Source: Eremomyces bilateralis CBS 781.70 (Eukaryota). Taken from it: a stretch of 64,000 nucleotides of DNA. Made by a program: the position numbers and the translations under genes. Below the pieces are notes generated by a model. The model searched no databases and had not been told where the DNA came from. It saw only the letters and a list, made by a program, of their open reading frames with translations. Of the stretch, positions 1-13,872 are shown piece by piece (the stretch's first letter is position 1; the number at the start of each line of letters is the position of its first letter). The stretch lies in NCBI GenBank assembly GCA_010015585.1, contig ML975165.1. One strand, 5' to 3'.

Positions 1-535
1 CTATATCAACAGCCAGTGAACCTTGGATCGTTGTTTGGTGGACGCGAATACACAATGGGAGGGTGATGTCCGCTGGACGGGCCATTGGAATGGCGTACTA
101 TTGAATAAGTCGGTTTAAATAGACCAGGAGCAACATACATCAAGACAGCAAGGAAGAGAAGATCAAGAGCGACGATCAAAAGGAGTTCAATTTAAATGGA
201 AAGCGGCAACAGCTTCAGTGGACGAACGTCACCAGGGTATCTAACAGGTACAACAACAGGAGAGAGCCCCAGATGACTGATGGAGCAATCACAAGGAACG
301 AAAAACAAAATATAGAGGTCATAGATCGCTTTTTCTCAAAGGACCGTGGTATCATGAAAAGCCCAATCCGTCCCCGAACACAAGAAATCGCACTGCTGCC
401 GCTACTGTACAGTCTAGAACTGTTCGTGTCATATCGTCCCATCTAACCACCCCCTAGGCTCTTTTACTATAGGCTAAAACATCGTCCAAAGCGGTGTTCC
501 TTCAAAAACGCAGTAAATCAACATGCTATGCTTCC

Positions 536-1750
536 TTAATCAATCTGGAACCGGCTCCCGCCTGGGTGGTTCGACAACGGCACGTCTGACGGCCTGTACC
601 CCGGCGCCGCCTTCCCCGGCTCACCATACGACGCGTAGCCCTCATACCGATCGTCCTGCCACTCCTGGGCGGGCTCGTTGCTGTCTCCCCGCTTCTTGCG
701 GCCGGAGACGATGTGCGGCTTGAGGCCGGTGTTGAAGTTGCGGGTGCACCAGATGGCGATGGTGATGGTGACGATGAGGAGGATGATGGTGATGACGGCG
801 AATGAGGTGAGGGTGCGGCGGGCAGGGCGGTAGTCTTCCATGCGGCGGGGGTCGGTGGAGTACATGCGGATGAGCTTGAAGAGGAAGTAGGCGAGGAAGA
901 CGTGCCAGAGGGCCTAGGGGGGTTAGTTTCAGGGGTGGGGATGGGTGGAGGGGGGACCTACGATGATGATGATCATGCCGACGATGTTTTCGCGCTTGAC
1001 CCAGTATGCGGCCATGCAGAGGATGATGATGGTGATGGGGATGGCGATGATGGTGAGGATGAACTCCACGTCGGTGGTGTTATTGACGACGACAATGAAC
1101 TGGATGGTAAAGCCGAGGAAGAAGAAGAAATCGAACTTTAGCAGCGCGATGTAGATCTATTGGACAATGGTTAGTGGCTAGATGTTTGGAGGGTGTAGAA
1201 GACCAACCTGGAAAATCAAATAGTTCCTCTTCAACCGTAGATCCGCACTGATTTGCTTATAGATGGTCCAGGCGAACTCCCCATATAACTTCCACGCCAC
1301 GAAGCTCATCAGTGCGGTCCCCAGCGCAATCACGACCGGGACCGCGATCAAGATGTTCTTGACCTGATTCCAGTACGTCATATCGATCTGATCCCTTCCC
1401 GACAACACCTCCACCGCGTCGCGGATCTGGTCCAGCTGAATGGACGTATACACCATAATCCCCAGGTTATAGAGGCAGATCCCGATGATTTGAATCGTGT
1501 TCTTCAACCGCAACGCATCGTACACCAACCACAGCTGGTACACGAGCCCGAATATCAGCAACGAGAGGTACGTGGGGATCGACCGCGTCTCCGTCTGCTT
1601 GTCACTGTTGGCGTTTTCATGCAGATTCCTCAAATCCAATTGGAATCGCGCAAATACATATGATTCTAGCCCGAGCGCGATGATCGCCTGGAAGATGGTC
1701 GTCAGCATGAACGTCCACGTCCATGCCGAGGTCGGGATGTAAAACTTCAT
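536..1750 (-). CDS. UPF0658-like multi-pass Golgi/membrane protein (3 exons: 1750-1208, 1156-962, 913-536)
   Basis: ORFs 1178-1750 and 536-865 join in frame through introns 1207-1157 (GTTGGT..CTAAC..TAG) and 961-914 (GTAGGT..CTAAC..TAG). Motifs YDALRLKNTIQIIGIC, EFAWTIYKQISADLRLK and YIALLKFDFFFFLGFTIQF are typical of this fungal family. Confidence 0.85.
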
Positions 1751-4700
1751 CTTGCGTCGATTTTTGGGGCCGGTGTAGGCCGTCGTTAGGCCTTCGCGGT
1801 CGTGGAAGCCGCCTGGCGGTTGGGGATCCTGGGGGTTGTAGGAGAGCGGTTGCGGAGAGAGAGCGGGAGCGAAGTTCGCGGAGGTCCGAGAATATGGTCC
1901 GCTGGGGGCTGGATGGATGTATGGTTGGTATGAGGTGTCAATGGGTTGCGAGGGCGCTTCCGCGAGAAGGGCCGCCCGGGATTCGGGGCTCGTTTTGGGA
2001 TGAATATTGGCGGTGTTGCGGCTTCCGGTACTGGGAAGCGTGAATTCTGGAAGGTTCAGAGAGGATCGCAGTCAATGATGATACACTGGGAGGCTTGACT
2101 GTGTCGGTGGCCAAGCCTCTATGGGTGAAGTCGTTGATAGGGGTATCGTGGCGTTCTTTGTTAAGGAATACTGTCGTGTGACGTTAAATTCGGCGTCGAA
2201 ATGATGGCACGGTTGAGTGGATGCCCGGTGCAAGTGAATGTAAGCCGGAACCGTTCGAGTCGACTTCCGCGGACGAAAGGATTCGACCTTCTTGATTAAA
2301 TGAAGAAGATGAGAGATGTAACGATAGGAGATTGGGGTGATGTTGGCCGTGTCAGTGTGTAACAGGTCAAGCCAATCCAACAGAAGGCTGAGAATGCGGC
2401 GGTGTAGGAATATCCGCCTGCCGTTAGATCGGATCCGATGGGATAGGTAAGCTGGTGAAGAATCCGATGCTCTGCCCACGGCGGAATTGTCGAGGCAAAG
2501 AAAGCCTTTGGTTGTCCAATATTACAACCACGAGGCCAACTACCGTCCCTTACGAAGTTGAGAATGTCAGCGAAAAGGCAGAGAGTCGGAAACGGCGGAA
2601 GACGGCGCGAAAGTCTCGGCAGATGAGGCTTGACAGCGATGGTGAAACCTGTTGCAGGTGGGTGGCTCGATCCTTTGGTGGTTGTAACAGCAACACCAGA
2701 GCGAGAGTCGGGATGTTTCAGATTTAAGGTTCAACAGAAACGAGAGGAACAGTTCTACCAGAAGGAGGAACGGTAAGATAGCAGAAAAATGGATTCACGG
2801 TTGATGAGGAGGATTGAAGTTGGATGGAATGAATGTTAAGGCCTAACTAATAATCAGGGTCTTTCGCTCTCTGTCTGGTTCTGGATCTTGACGGCTGGTT
2901 CAGTGGAGGAGATCATAGATGTGGAGAGGCTGAGGCGGAACTAATAATAATACTCAGCCACGCCAGTAAATCGGATCGGATTCCCACTGGTTACATCGGA
3001 TTACGGATAACTGAGCGCGAGAGTTCCCTTCGGAGCTAGAGTCGTTAGAGTTGGTTGTTTCAACTCTGCTGAGAACTGAGAAGCATGTGGTTGAGGCGCA
3101 GTCGAACAACGAACAGGGCCTCTCTCCTATTAAACACGCGACCTGGACTGCTCCCATCTCCGACGATGACGGAATGCGAATAATCTGATGAACTGAAGCA
3201 GCTTCCCCGTCACAGCAGTGCATGTCCACCCAGTAATTTCCGAAGTTTCATAAACATCGAGAGTTGGACGAAACAAGGAACCAACCCCCCGTTCCGCCGA
3301 TGTCGACGCGTCGTCCCTCCCTCCGGATGCTCGTTTCTGGGACCGATCTCGAATCCAGGGTTCCCGAGATGAGGCTAAGGAGACGGATCCTTGGTATTGG
3401 GAGATGACTTCTACCGGTTCTTGGCGTCTTGCGGTTGAACAGTTCCGCTGTCTAGAGTCCTGACACGCAAAACCAACCAGGTCAGCACAAACTGATAGGG
3501 TTGTATCTATCCAGAAGCGCTGTACGATGGACTGCATATCTCACATAATACCATTGCGATTGGCAATTGTGTTGACAAGATGATGTTCGGCTCTTCCTGG
3601 CCGTCTTCTCGGCTCTGACCAAGGCGCTGAATCTAGACTCTAGGATCACCCGAACAGTCTCACTACGGTTCCATACATAGCAGAGGCGCGGAGCGGAGCG
3701 GAATACTACGTATGGAGATTACTATACTCCACTGACAGTCGACAACAACATTGAGGACCGCAACAAGTCCGATCCGTCCATTACCCTCCACCGTCTCGTC
3801 CATGGACAATATCCTGCTTTTGATTCCCCGAAATCATTCACAAAGCACCTCATACCATCTATCGCTTCCTTTCCTTTCTGTCTCCTTATGTCCTTCCTTC
3901 TCACTCCATCCAACCTTTCTAATCGAGGCCTCATGTCTACACCATGTCGATCAACCACCGAGTTAGGCTGTTTAGGTGCATGTCTCTCGTTTCCTTTATT
4001 CTTATAAATCCTTCCACCCCACTGCTTGGAACCGGACTCCACACACGGTGACAGGGGCATACAGCGAATGCCACACAACAAGCAGAGTGTTAACGCGGGA
4101 GAGCAGAGTTGTCGTACTACGGCCACCGATATAGATCGTCATTGCTCGATATAACACGGTAAGATGGAGGGATGGCGGCCAGAACATGGCAGAACCGCCG
4201 CAATTGGCTTTCTATTCGTGTTCATGTCGGGGTACATGGCTTCGGTTATGAGGATAGGCTATGGTGTGAGGTATTCTCGTCAAGATATCTCTACGTCTTC
4301 ATGAATTAAGCAGCTTGACAGAGCATATAATGGTTCTATCGCCTGCTTAGTGCTTGTACGTCGCCATATATCCACCTCATCAGAAAAGTATCCCGTATCC
4401 CACCTGCACCACACGTCACTCACTCAACCCCCCGTTCGTTCTTCAGAAGTTAATCAAATTCTCCCCGTAGCCCTCGACTCTTTATGCCCTATGTCCGCAT
4501 CCGGAACCCCATCGGGCACCAACCCGCCCGAATTGTTGGTCTCCGCCCCACCCTACCAATCATGACCGCACCCGCAACCGGGATATAGAAATCGACACGA
4601 AAACACCACAGCCGCGCCGCACGCCGTTCGCAAGGCGGTGATATCTCCAGGAATCAGACGGCGGGAAGCCAGAGAATTCTGTTGGGAATGGCGGTGATTG

Positions 4701-5548
4701 GGCATATCATATATGTGGTTCGGATGGGAAAGGTTGGAAGGTGACGTGAGATTGGATTTAAGTGCAGAGGGTTTCTCATAGGTTCATAAATACATGATTT
4801 TCCTGCCCTTTTTTGGCTTTCGATCGAACATGTTCCATGTCTCACCTCGCCCAGTCCAGTCCTTTTCTTTCGCATCTGGTCCTGTCCTGACAAGCCCTGT
4901 CCCGACACGGCCGCAAAGACATCGAATCGTGCAAAATCATCGTTCCGTAATGATCGTTAAGAATGTCGTGTGAATGAATGTCGTGGGGAAGAACCTATCT
5001 TCTCGTAAATTCATACTCGTTGAGTTCGTTTTTTCCGTTTCTCGCCAAAAAGCCCAAAAGCGCCCACCAAACGAAGGAAGAATTCCGCTCGTGTATAAAT
5101 GCCGTGCCGTGCCTTGCCGTTCCTCACCCATCCGATTCGACTCGACTCGACCGTCATGGAGTTAGCTGACAGGAGGAGATATGCGGTGGACGAGACACGA
5201 AGCAAGAAGCAAGCAAATCGAAGCAGAGGAGAGAAACAATGTGGGGGTATCTGATGCATAAAAGAGTGGTGCGTGATATCCCGTCCATTCCCGAACCCGG
5301 TGGGATGAACGACATATTTCCGAAGCAAATGACCGATCCGAACACGGAGTGAGCCGTCCTAATTCCGTCGATCCCGATCCCGATCCCGACACCGGGTCGC
5401 CGTCCCGTTGCCGCCGACCCGTCCCTGAGGACCATCAATGTTCAAGGGTGCATACCCACCCGTCTAGCATGCCGCCATGGAACTCCGAAGAAAAAACAAC
5501 AAGTCAAACAAGAGCTCGGAATCAATCCGTAACTCAGGGGAAGGAGCC

Positions 5549-7262
5549 TCATGAGTCCCACACCGGCCCGAACGCAGGAACCCCCCGGCTCTCCATCGAA
5601 TACACAATCTTCCGCGTCAGCCGCGGATTCGAGATCACGAACACCGCCTCCGCCCCGCTTTCCACGTACATCCGATACGTGATCTCCACCATGTTCGGTC
5701 GCCCGCTCGCCCGCGTGTCGATGATCACCGCCTCGGAATCGGCGCTGCGCACTGCATCCACGATACCTTGCCCGAACGTCCGTAGCGGGCTGGGGGTCGA
5801 CCAGAGCACGCGGGCCGGCTGGCGTCGGGAGGCGTCGGTGAGGAAGGAGAGGCATGGGCCGATGCCCGAGCCGGTAGTGACGACGACGACGTTGCGGAAG
5901 ATGCAGGCCATGCTGAGGACGCCGGTTTTCGGGAGCCCCTTCACCCAGTATTTGGTCTGGGGGTTCATGATGGCCGATTTGGTCCAGTCGCCGGCGTCGG
6001 AGATGATCATGCTGCCGCCGGGGGCACCGTCGACGGCGGGGAAGGTGGCGAAGGGATGCCATTCGAAGAGAGGGTTGTCGCTGATGGCGAGGCCGGAGAA
6101 GGGTTTTAGGGTCTTGTCGTAGTGAAGGCGTAAAGCGTGGTTGGAGAGGACTTCAGGACGGAATGTCCATTTGCGGAGACGTAGCCAGGGGAGGAGGATG
6201 TTGAAGGTGATTGCGGAGAGGAACCAGAACGTGGGCTGGTGGATGAGCTCGATGCCCATGTTTCGATGGCTGCGGGTCGAGAGTTCGTGTGCGATCAAGA
6301 GAAGCTCCACCCAGAAGAGCGCGACACCGGTCCATCCAGCAAACCGATGCGTCATCTCGAACGAATTGTGTGACATGAATCGGAATCGGGGGTACGCAAA
6401 AACGATGATCGTCAGGAGAAGGAGCAACAGGACATAGCTGAAAGTCAGAACTGGGATCGATCGCATGGAATGATCTACAAAGTTGATGGTAATCAATACG
6501 GTCAGGAGGATCAGCCAGACAGTTCCCGCCACGCCTGCACCGGAATGGACCCTGTTCACAACTGTCAGTCAACCCTCCCATGAACCTCTACGGGTAAATT
6601 AAAACATACCCGCCATGCTCGTAGATCTTCGCTAACATACGTCGAAGGCGTAGCGGTGCAGAGAGAGGCACGAGCCAGCACGTCCGAAACATGAAGTTCA
6701 CCACATAGTCCTGGCGGATGGTGATGGCCACGAGGATATTTGCCGACGCCGCGGTAGCCACGTGGGCTATGTCGATCTTCGCCGATGTCTTATTCAGGGC
6801 TAGAAGCACGATCAAACCGACGACGTTCAGGAGGAAGACGATCGAGAAGAGCCGGCGATACACGTTGAGGGAGGTGTGGCGTATATTGCGAACGAACCGG
6901 CTCTGCCGCTTCTCGGGAACGGTGGATGCGGTGCTACATGCACTGGTACTGACAGTGACGTCGGTTCGAAATGACGCTTGACTGTCTGTTCGTACATGTG
7001 CATGAGATGGAGGTGCAAGGCCATTCTCCAGGCTTCCCGCTTGCTTGAAGCTTTTCTCGATCTCATCCTCATTGAACGACACGCGGTTGGCGACGGACGA
7101 CGGAGCGTCTGGTGATGCCACCTTCAATCGTTTCTCGTAATCGGCGAACTGTGCGGCGGAGAATCCGCCATTGATCGGTTCGTTAGGGGCGGGAGTGACG
7201 ATGATGGTGGTGGTGTCGGATGGAGAGGGCGCATGCCTGGACGTGGTATCGCTTGGCTCCAT
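5549..7262 (-). CDS. tmpA: TmpA-like integral membrane flavoprotein/oxidoreductase (ferric-reductase-like TM region plus FAD/NAD(P)-binding domain); exons 7262-6610 and 6551-5549
   Basis: Intron 6609-6552 (GTATGT..CTGAC..CAG) joins KIYEHGG|VHSGAG. Motifs HNSFEMTHRFAGW, EWHPFATF, GDWT, VVVVTTGSGIGPCL and the C-terminal ESRGVPAFGPVWDS match the TmpA/TmpL family. No N-terminal adenylation domain, so TmpA-type rather than TmpB/TmpL. Confidence 0.85.
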
Positions 7263-7287
7263 GTGTTTGATGAGGGCCCCAGAGGAG

Positions 7288-7336
7288 GGGGGAGAGAGGA
7301 AAGGAAGAGGGGGAGAGAGGAAAGGAAGAGGGGGGA
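7288..7336. repeat. Two tandem copies of a ~21-bp purine-rich unit (GGGGGAGAGAGGAAAGGAAGA) just upstream of the tmpA start
   Basis: Read directly. On the tmpA coding strand it is a CT-rich tract typical of fungal 5' leaders. Confidence 0.7.
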
Positions 7337-10300
7337 GTATACGTAGGTGGTGGGATGCAAGTGAATTGACGTGTCGAGAAAATGGACAGAGGGTCAAGAG
7401 TCGCCATTTAAGAGCCGCAGACGGTTAGGGTATAGCGAAATGAAAATACAGGTCCCTAGCAACGGCAACGAGGACGGCGAAGACAAAGACACGGACTCAA
7501 TTGAATCGAACTTTCGCATGTGGGAACTTGCGTACCGACGGATTGGGAAACTCGGGAAGCCATCAATGGCACTCGCCACTCACTCAACTCAGGGCAGTCT
7601 CGAGAATGCTGAATGGCCAGTGACCACCGACCGGGACATGGGATTCTTCGCCCGACTGGGAATGACTCGATACGGTGACAAAGAACGGGGACTTTGCTGC
7701 TACCGTAGTGACCATATACCTGACGCCTGACCGAAAGTGAATCTAACGGGCCCAATTAGACCGTGGTATCGGGGTAACGTCGTACATGAGGCGCAGATCA
7801 GGTTCGAAGATGGTTTTCAGGTGGACAGAGGAACAAGTCAAAAATTCACGCATGCATGGATCCATCCTCCCATGGCAGTGGTCGTATGGTATCGGTACCG
7901 CACCACTACCGATGGTTTCGTCGTAATCCGTGCTGGGTAAATGGGACTACTGGTACCCTGTGGGCCGTGAAGGCGCGAACACCATGAAGTGCATGAACCG
8001 CTCAGGGAGTGGCCCGTGACGAAATGGGTCGCTGATCGCTGTGGCTAAGGTGGCCGCCCCAGAGAGAACCAGAAGATACGGCTCGGACCAATCTTCGCCA
8101 GCCACGGGCAAATCAAAGGCATTGAACAATTGAGGAGACTAATCGCTAATCACAGTAATCAGGGCTTGTGGGGGACCACACACGGGGTAATATGAACGAC
8201 GGACAAAAAGCGAGCTACTACAATATTCTTTCTGCAACCTGCATGCACAATTTGGATTCTGCTGCAGCGGGAAACTGGTAAGGATTAACGACGAGACTCA
8301 AAAAGTCAAAGAGTAGCCGGGGAAGGTGGAGTGAGTGCTGCATGTGGATAGCGGCTTGCAGGATCAGTTAGCAGGGGCTCAACAAATTCGAATCAGGAAG
8401 TGTGGCCGACGATTAGATGAACGACCAAATTGGAGAGGAATAGCGCCGAGAAAGTCCCAGTTGAATTGGGTTAGGCTTCTGGGGTGGGAATAAAACGTGG
8501 ATAATGTGATGATGGGGTTTCGAATGTGATTGGGGTCGGGTTGAAGGGGCGATATCGAGGGGATTCGATACGGACATGTGGTTGGATGAGAGGAATAAGA
8601 TGAGATGCAAGTATTCCGTACTCCGTATGCAACGGAGATGCGGTGATATGGTGACTTAGTGACTTTGTGTTCGACCGTTGTTCGCCCTTTGGGGCGGGAG
8701 AACAAGTCGAGAATACTGGGAGACAGAAACTGAAGAGCGACGATACATCCATCAATCCATGTTGAGTGTTCCTAGCGAGCTCTCACGGACCCTTCCGACA
8801 AGCCGGCCCGCTAATATCACCCTAAAGGCCCTAACGGCTAACAGATTATTCAGACCCCATCATGGCTCCTCTCCAACCACTCGGAGTGTCGGATGTCCTC
8901 GAGCGATTGAGTCTGCTATATCCGACTGGCTTTGCATCGCTTGCGTCTACGAACCATTCCTCTGCGCTTCAGCAACACTCAAACATTACGGAATACGACT
9001 CATTTCGTGCCCTCTGCGTCGACGAGTCAACTGGTCATATATCAGGCCATCAATACCATTGCCAGCCTTCATGAAGGCCAATTGACTCTATAACAGCAGC
9101 CGGATGCTACAGTGTCGCCAGTGGCCACGCTCACGTCACCTTGTCCCTCACCATACCAGGGTAGGTAAATAATAAATATAACGCAGGAAGAGGTTATTAG
9201 TTTTCCGTTAGGTACCAGTTACCAGGTTTCGCAGTATTATTCACAGGCGGACCTGCCCGGTTCCCTTGTATCAAATTAAATCTCCAATCCCAGTCCAACG
9301 ACCACAGTGTTACAAATTTCTTCTTCGACGGTTTTGTGGCCGAGCAAGATTTGGATTACACCGAACACAATCGCACGGAACCGCTCATACACAGCAACGG
9401 TCCAGGGCGACGTTGCCGTGTTCGTCCTCCAAACCATTTCATTGATTCATTCGTGTCAGTATCAACGACTTTGGTGCGACGTCCTCGATCATTGGTAATC
9501 TCCCCGCATCGATCGTCCGGCTGTGCAACCACACCTCTTCATTCTTCGTACCAAATCCCAGATGTGCGCCCAGGTTACTCGGGCCGGATGCGCCTCGATC
9601 TCATTTTCTCTACGATTGGCAATGCTGCGGGATCGATGTTCCTTGGGCGTCCGCTAGATCTCGTATTGATTTGACACGATCACTCGAGACGGCTGCTATC
9701 TCAGACATCACTTGGTCATGGGGTGACCCTCACTGAAAGGTATTTCGGACTTTCCTCATGATACGTTGCTGGACGGTGCGTAGTGGAAGCATGCAAGTGA
9801 GCGCGCCCCGGACCGGCAAAGCGGGAGGAAATAGTAGCGATAGGAGACCCTAGCTCGGCGCCTAGCCATGAAATATTCTCGAAGACTCCGGACCGTTTGG
9901 GGCGTGTTAAGATGATAACTAATGCGCTAGGTCGGGGGGATTTCTGATTTCTCAATTTCTCAAGTCGATTGAAGTTGCATTAGAGTGACCAAGACCCCGG
10001 GATTTCGAACCACGCTAATTCTATCTGACCAATAAAATTCGTCAATAATGAACCACCCCAGCCGAGGTTGAACTACCCCTGTCCCTGCCACCTGCTGTTC
10101 AGCCACTGACTTTCCTTATTGGTTGACTGTTGCAGTTTCCCCCTCGCTGGCTGGCAGTTCAGTTCGCCCGCTCGATTCAAAGGGGAGGGTTTTGCAATTC
10201 GATGAGATCACACAAGGTTTCATTCTGGAAGCTCTTAATCATCCTTCCATCAAAGCGGACTTGGCACATTTCTCTTTGTGCGACGCTGCCATCGCGATCT

Positions 10301-13300
10301 TGCGTCGTTGGTGTAACCTCCATGTCAGGGCGATGCCTCCCTCGGTATTTGATATCTTCGGCCACCGCAATCCTTCGTGCTTTTGCGCTCGAATATGGTG
10401 GGTATCAGGTGTGCATGTATGTGATCTAATCGGTACATCTCGGAATTGGACTGCACAATATTGCCATAATGCACTGACAATCAAGAGACGGAGACGCAGC
10501 ATCCGCTCGGTGTCGTCGCCGGGGGTTGAACTAAACTCGATACTCGGCGACTTTTGGCGATTCAGCTCTTCTATCCAGAAGGGAGAATAGCATTATTGCT
10601 CAAGCGGGGAACCTACCTTTCCCTACAGTCGGTATCAATAGTAGAGTGCCGGGTATTCTTAACAGGAATAGCTTCCTGCCGCTACTTGCACTCTGCAGGA
10701 TGGAGAATTACCTATTGCAAAGAGGTCTCCGCTGAAGGAAGCGATTATCCATAGATCCGGGTCACTTTGCTATGCCCTAGTTCCATTGCTGCAGCTCGAG
10801 CAAGTTTGAGTTCTGGATGCCTTTTAGGAATGCGGTCTTGGTCCACACTGGCACCAAAAACGTACCACATCTTCAGTCTCGCCAGGACCGAGAAATAGGC
10901 GCGCAAAGCACATCATACATGTCAAGCGCGTGGAAATTCCTGGTTTCATGTTCATATCGACACTGGTAGTACAAACATCCGGTGCCTGCGTCAAACATAC
11001 AATCAGCACCGGTAGCCGGGAGAGCTACGACTGATACGAGATTCGCTTCATCGATCCTCGAAATAGGGCAAACATGGACATCTTGATCCGACCAGGACCG
11101 AGACTCTGGTTACTCTTTTCTGCCACGATCCGCCCACCGACTTCCGGAAAGAGCGTGCAGTCTGGGCTGATCACACCCTCGTTCTCCCGTCTCAGATCAT
11201 CGGTGCCGCCAGTTTCGGTCTACCGTCGTGTCGCTTTCGCAGAAACGCAGACGGGGAAACCCATCAAGTCGAAACTAAAGCGTCGATCGACGATGTCGTC
11301 GAGCTCAAGCGGTACGTAGCCGTCGTGCCAGATAGAAGAATGGGGTTCTGGCCCATGTAGCTGCAAGTATCGCTGAACTAATCCAGATATCAAGCAACGA
11401 ATTGATGCGGAGTATATAGTAGAGTACTTCAAGGTTGTCCACAAGTACATATCCAGATTCCAGCCCACTAGCCGACTTCGGTCGAGGAGGGGTTCAGGAA
11501 AGTGGGGGGCCTTGGGGGACCATCAGACCGGGGATTGTATGTCTCAATGACGAGACAATCTTCATGAGCGGAACGACTCTCCACCAATTACGCAACCACC
11601 GACTGAGAATCATACGTACCTTTCAATGTGTGGTGCATGAAAAGGTCCTCTCTATCTGTAATGCGTTGTCGACAGCCCATAGAAGAAGTCCCCGATTGGA
11701 TTGGTGGAGCTGCGATACTCTACCGGTGACAACGAAATGGTGAGGTTAGAGGTATTTTCCCCGCTGCCCATTGCAGACCGCAACTGATCAACTCAATCGC
11801 CGAATCTCGGATTCTCTGCGTCTTCATGGCGTGATTAGATGGCCTGCGAGCGTCGTACCACAGCGCCACCGTCAGGTGGAGATGGAGGCGAAAATGCATC
11901 GAGCGAGCCGCAATGTCAGCAAGCGATGCTCTTGTCTCTCAACACTACCCGACTCGCTTTCACTATCATGGCAGAGACATCTCATCCTGTTCCGACGATG
12001 TGGATGAGCCTAGCTTTGCTTGAATGGTAATCTAATGCAGATTGCCGGAATGGGCGACCGCTGTACCGATCGTGATGCTGGGCGCTGGCCCAATCCAAAC
12101 CTGGGTTTGGCGGCATCCATTTGCCGGATGGAGAGCGGCAGACAGCAGTCGAGATTGATGCATAGTGCTAGATTTGGCCGCGGCAATGCAAGCAGAGAGC
12201 TTGGGAGCGCGGAGTCCCAGCGATGCGGTACTTGCTTGGTAGAGGTACTTCCCTGCGGCAGATTTCAAAACGTCGACGCAGTCGCAGCTTAACGGTTCGA
12301 GGAGGTCGCAAGTAGTGCTTTCAGCTTTACCGGTTGAATGCGAAGGATCCAGGAGCAGGACGAGCGACTGGCGACTGGCGACTGGCGTGTCGGGGACCAC
12401 GGCGCAACTTGCGAAAGCATGGGAAAAGTGAGGGAATATCTGAGTCCTGGTGCATTTGGTGGTGTTAGGTGGGGTCTGGTTACCAGCCTGTTGGGTAAAT
12501 ATACAAAGGCCGCCCAGCCGCGATTCCGGGGTCTTCGAATCCATGTCATCCATCCATTGCTCGGCTGGTTTCGTAGCGCGTGAAGTGGTCAATCATGAGC
12601 GGTGTCGAAGCGCGAAAATGACCACTTGATAGTTGACAAGGTGATTGTTGAAGATCGCGGATGCAGAATGTACAACAGGACAACGACGGGAGAGAAAATG
12701 GCTGGAAAGTTGACGATCTATCATCGTCGGCGACTGGAGAAACGCGATATGCCTTTCTCGCGCGCTGAGTGGACATAATAAGTGTCATCATCTCCCTTCG
12801 CGTCAATCTCACCCACCAAGAGGAGCAAGATCTCCGGTTCGTCACGGTCCTTCACTGTTGATGATATTGCTGATTATTTGTATTTTTTTACAAGTCTTCT
12901 CCACTACTCTCAGGCCAGTCGATGATCCGCAGACCACAGGACCCCATCCCCACCGTTGTTCGGCACTTGTTCCTAATTGCTTTAGTTATGTCTGGCTGTA
13001 GGCATTATTGCCTATTGGCCGCTTGATTCTTTTATCCTTCATCGTCGATTGAGCCTCCTGTAAGTTCGCACAGCAACAGCCATTCGAATTTCAACCGTAG
13101 AACATCCACCAATTGTCCTCTTGTCCTCTCTATCAATCGGTTGGCTCATCTGGTGCTCCCAGCAACCCCAACGGAGACATCATATCCCGGCCGTTTCCAC
13201 CGCCACAGATGCACTTGCAGGCACCATCGAATGCCATCTGAACACTAACCCCGACACTTAATGCTTCCGACTTAACTTTAATAACACTTTGCTACCGGGC

Positions 13301-13872
13301 GGAGGGTCCCATTCCCTCTACCGTAGCGGTAGTGGAAGAGTGGATCTTGCGCCGCCTTTCGATCGCCTCCTGTCGTTTCTTCTTGCCTCTTGGGAATGGC
13401 TGGTTTTAACCTTTCCATGGAGGCGTCGTGCTGTGTCCTCTCTGGCGGCGCCTTTGCTTCCTGTTCGGCCATTGCTGCCATTGCTGCCATCTCAAGTGTA
13501 TCTCTTTCCCTTCCGAACGTCTTCGGCCCTTTTGTCTTTCCGTCTTGTACATATCGTCGCCTATCGTCGCCTATCAAATTCTGTATGCCAATTGGCGGAT
13601 CCTATACATATGCTGCGACCCATTTATGCCTAACTCTCCAGTCTATGCTCTGCATTGCCTTCTCTCCCCTTCTCTTCGATTTTACTGATCATATCTTCCA
13701 CTCCCCGGGTTATCCTAGGAGCGATTGACCGTCTTTGCCCGCCTGAATCGCAATTGTACCACTTCGTTGTCGCATATACCAAGATTGTGATATTTATGTG
13801 CCCCGGGCCAGTCCCGCTCCGAAGCCTTCCATCATCCACCCCATCTCACGATTTTGTATTCAAATATTTACA

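Noticed and set aside
7423..7432. Isolated TTAGGG/CCCTAA hexamers (also near 19551, 41250, 51158) as telomere repeats or a telomerase RNA template
   Set aside because: Single copies only; no full TAACCCTAA template or array seen.
9990..10100. GGTTCGAAATCCC B-box-like motif on the minus strand, suggesting a tRNA or SINE
   Set aside because: No T-stem, acceptor stem or cloverleaf could be built around it.
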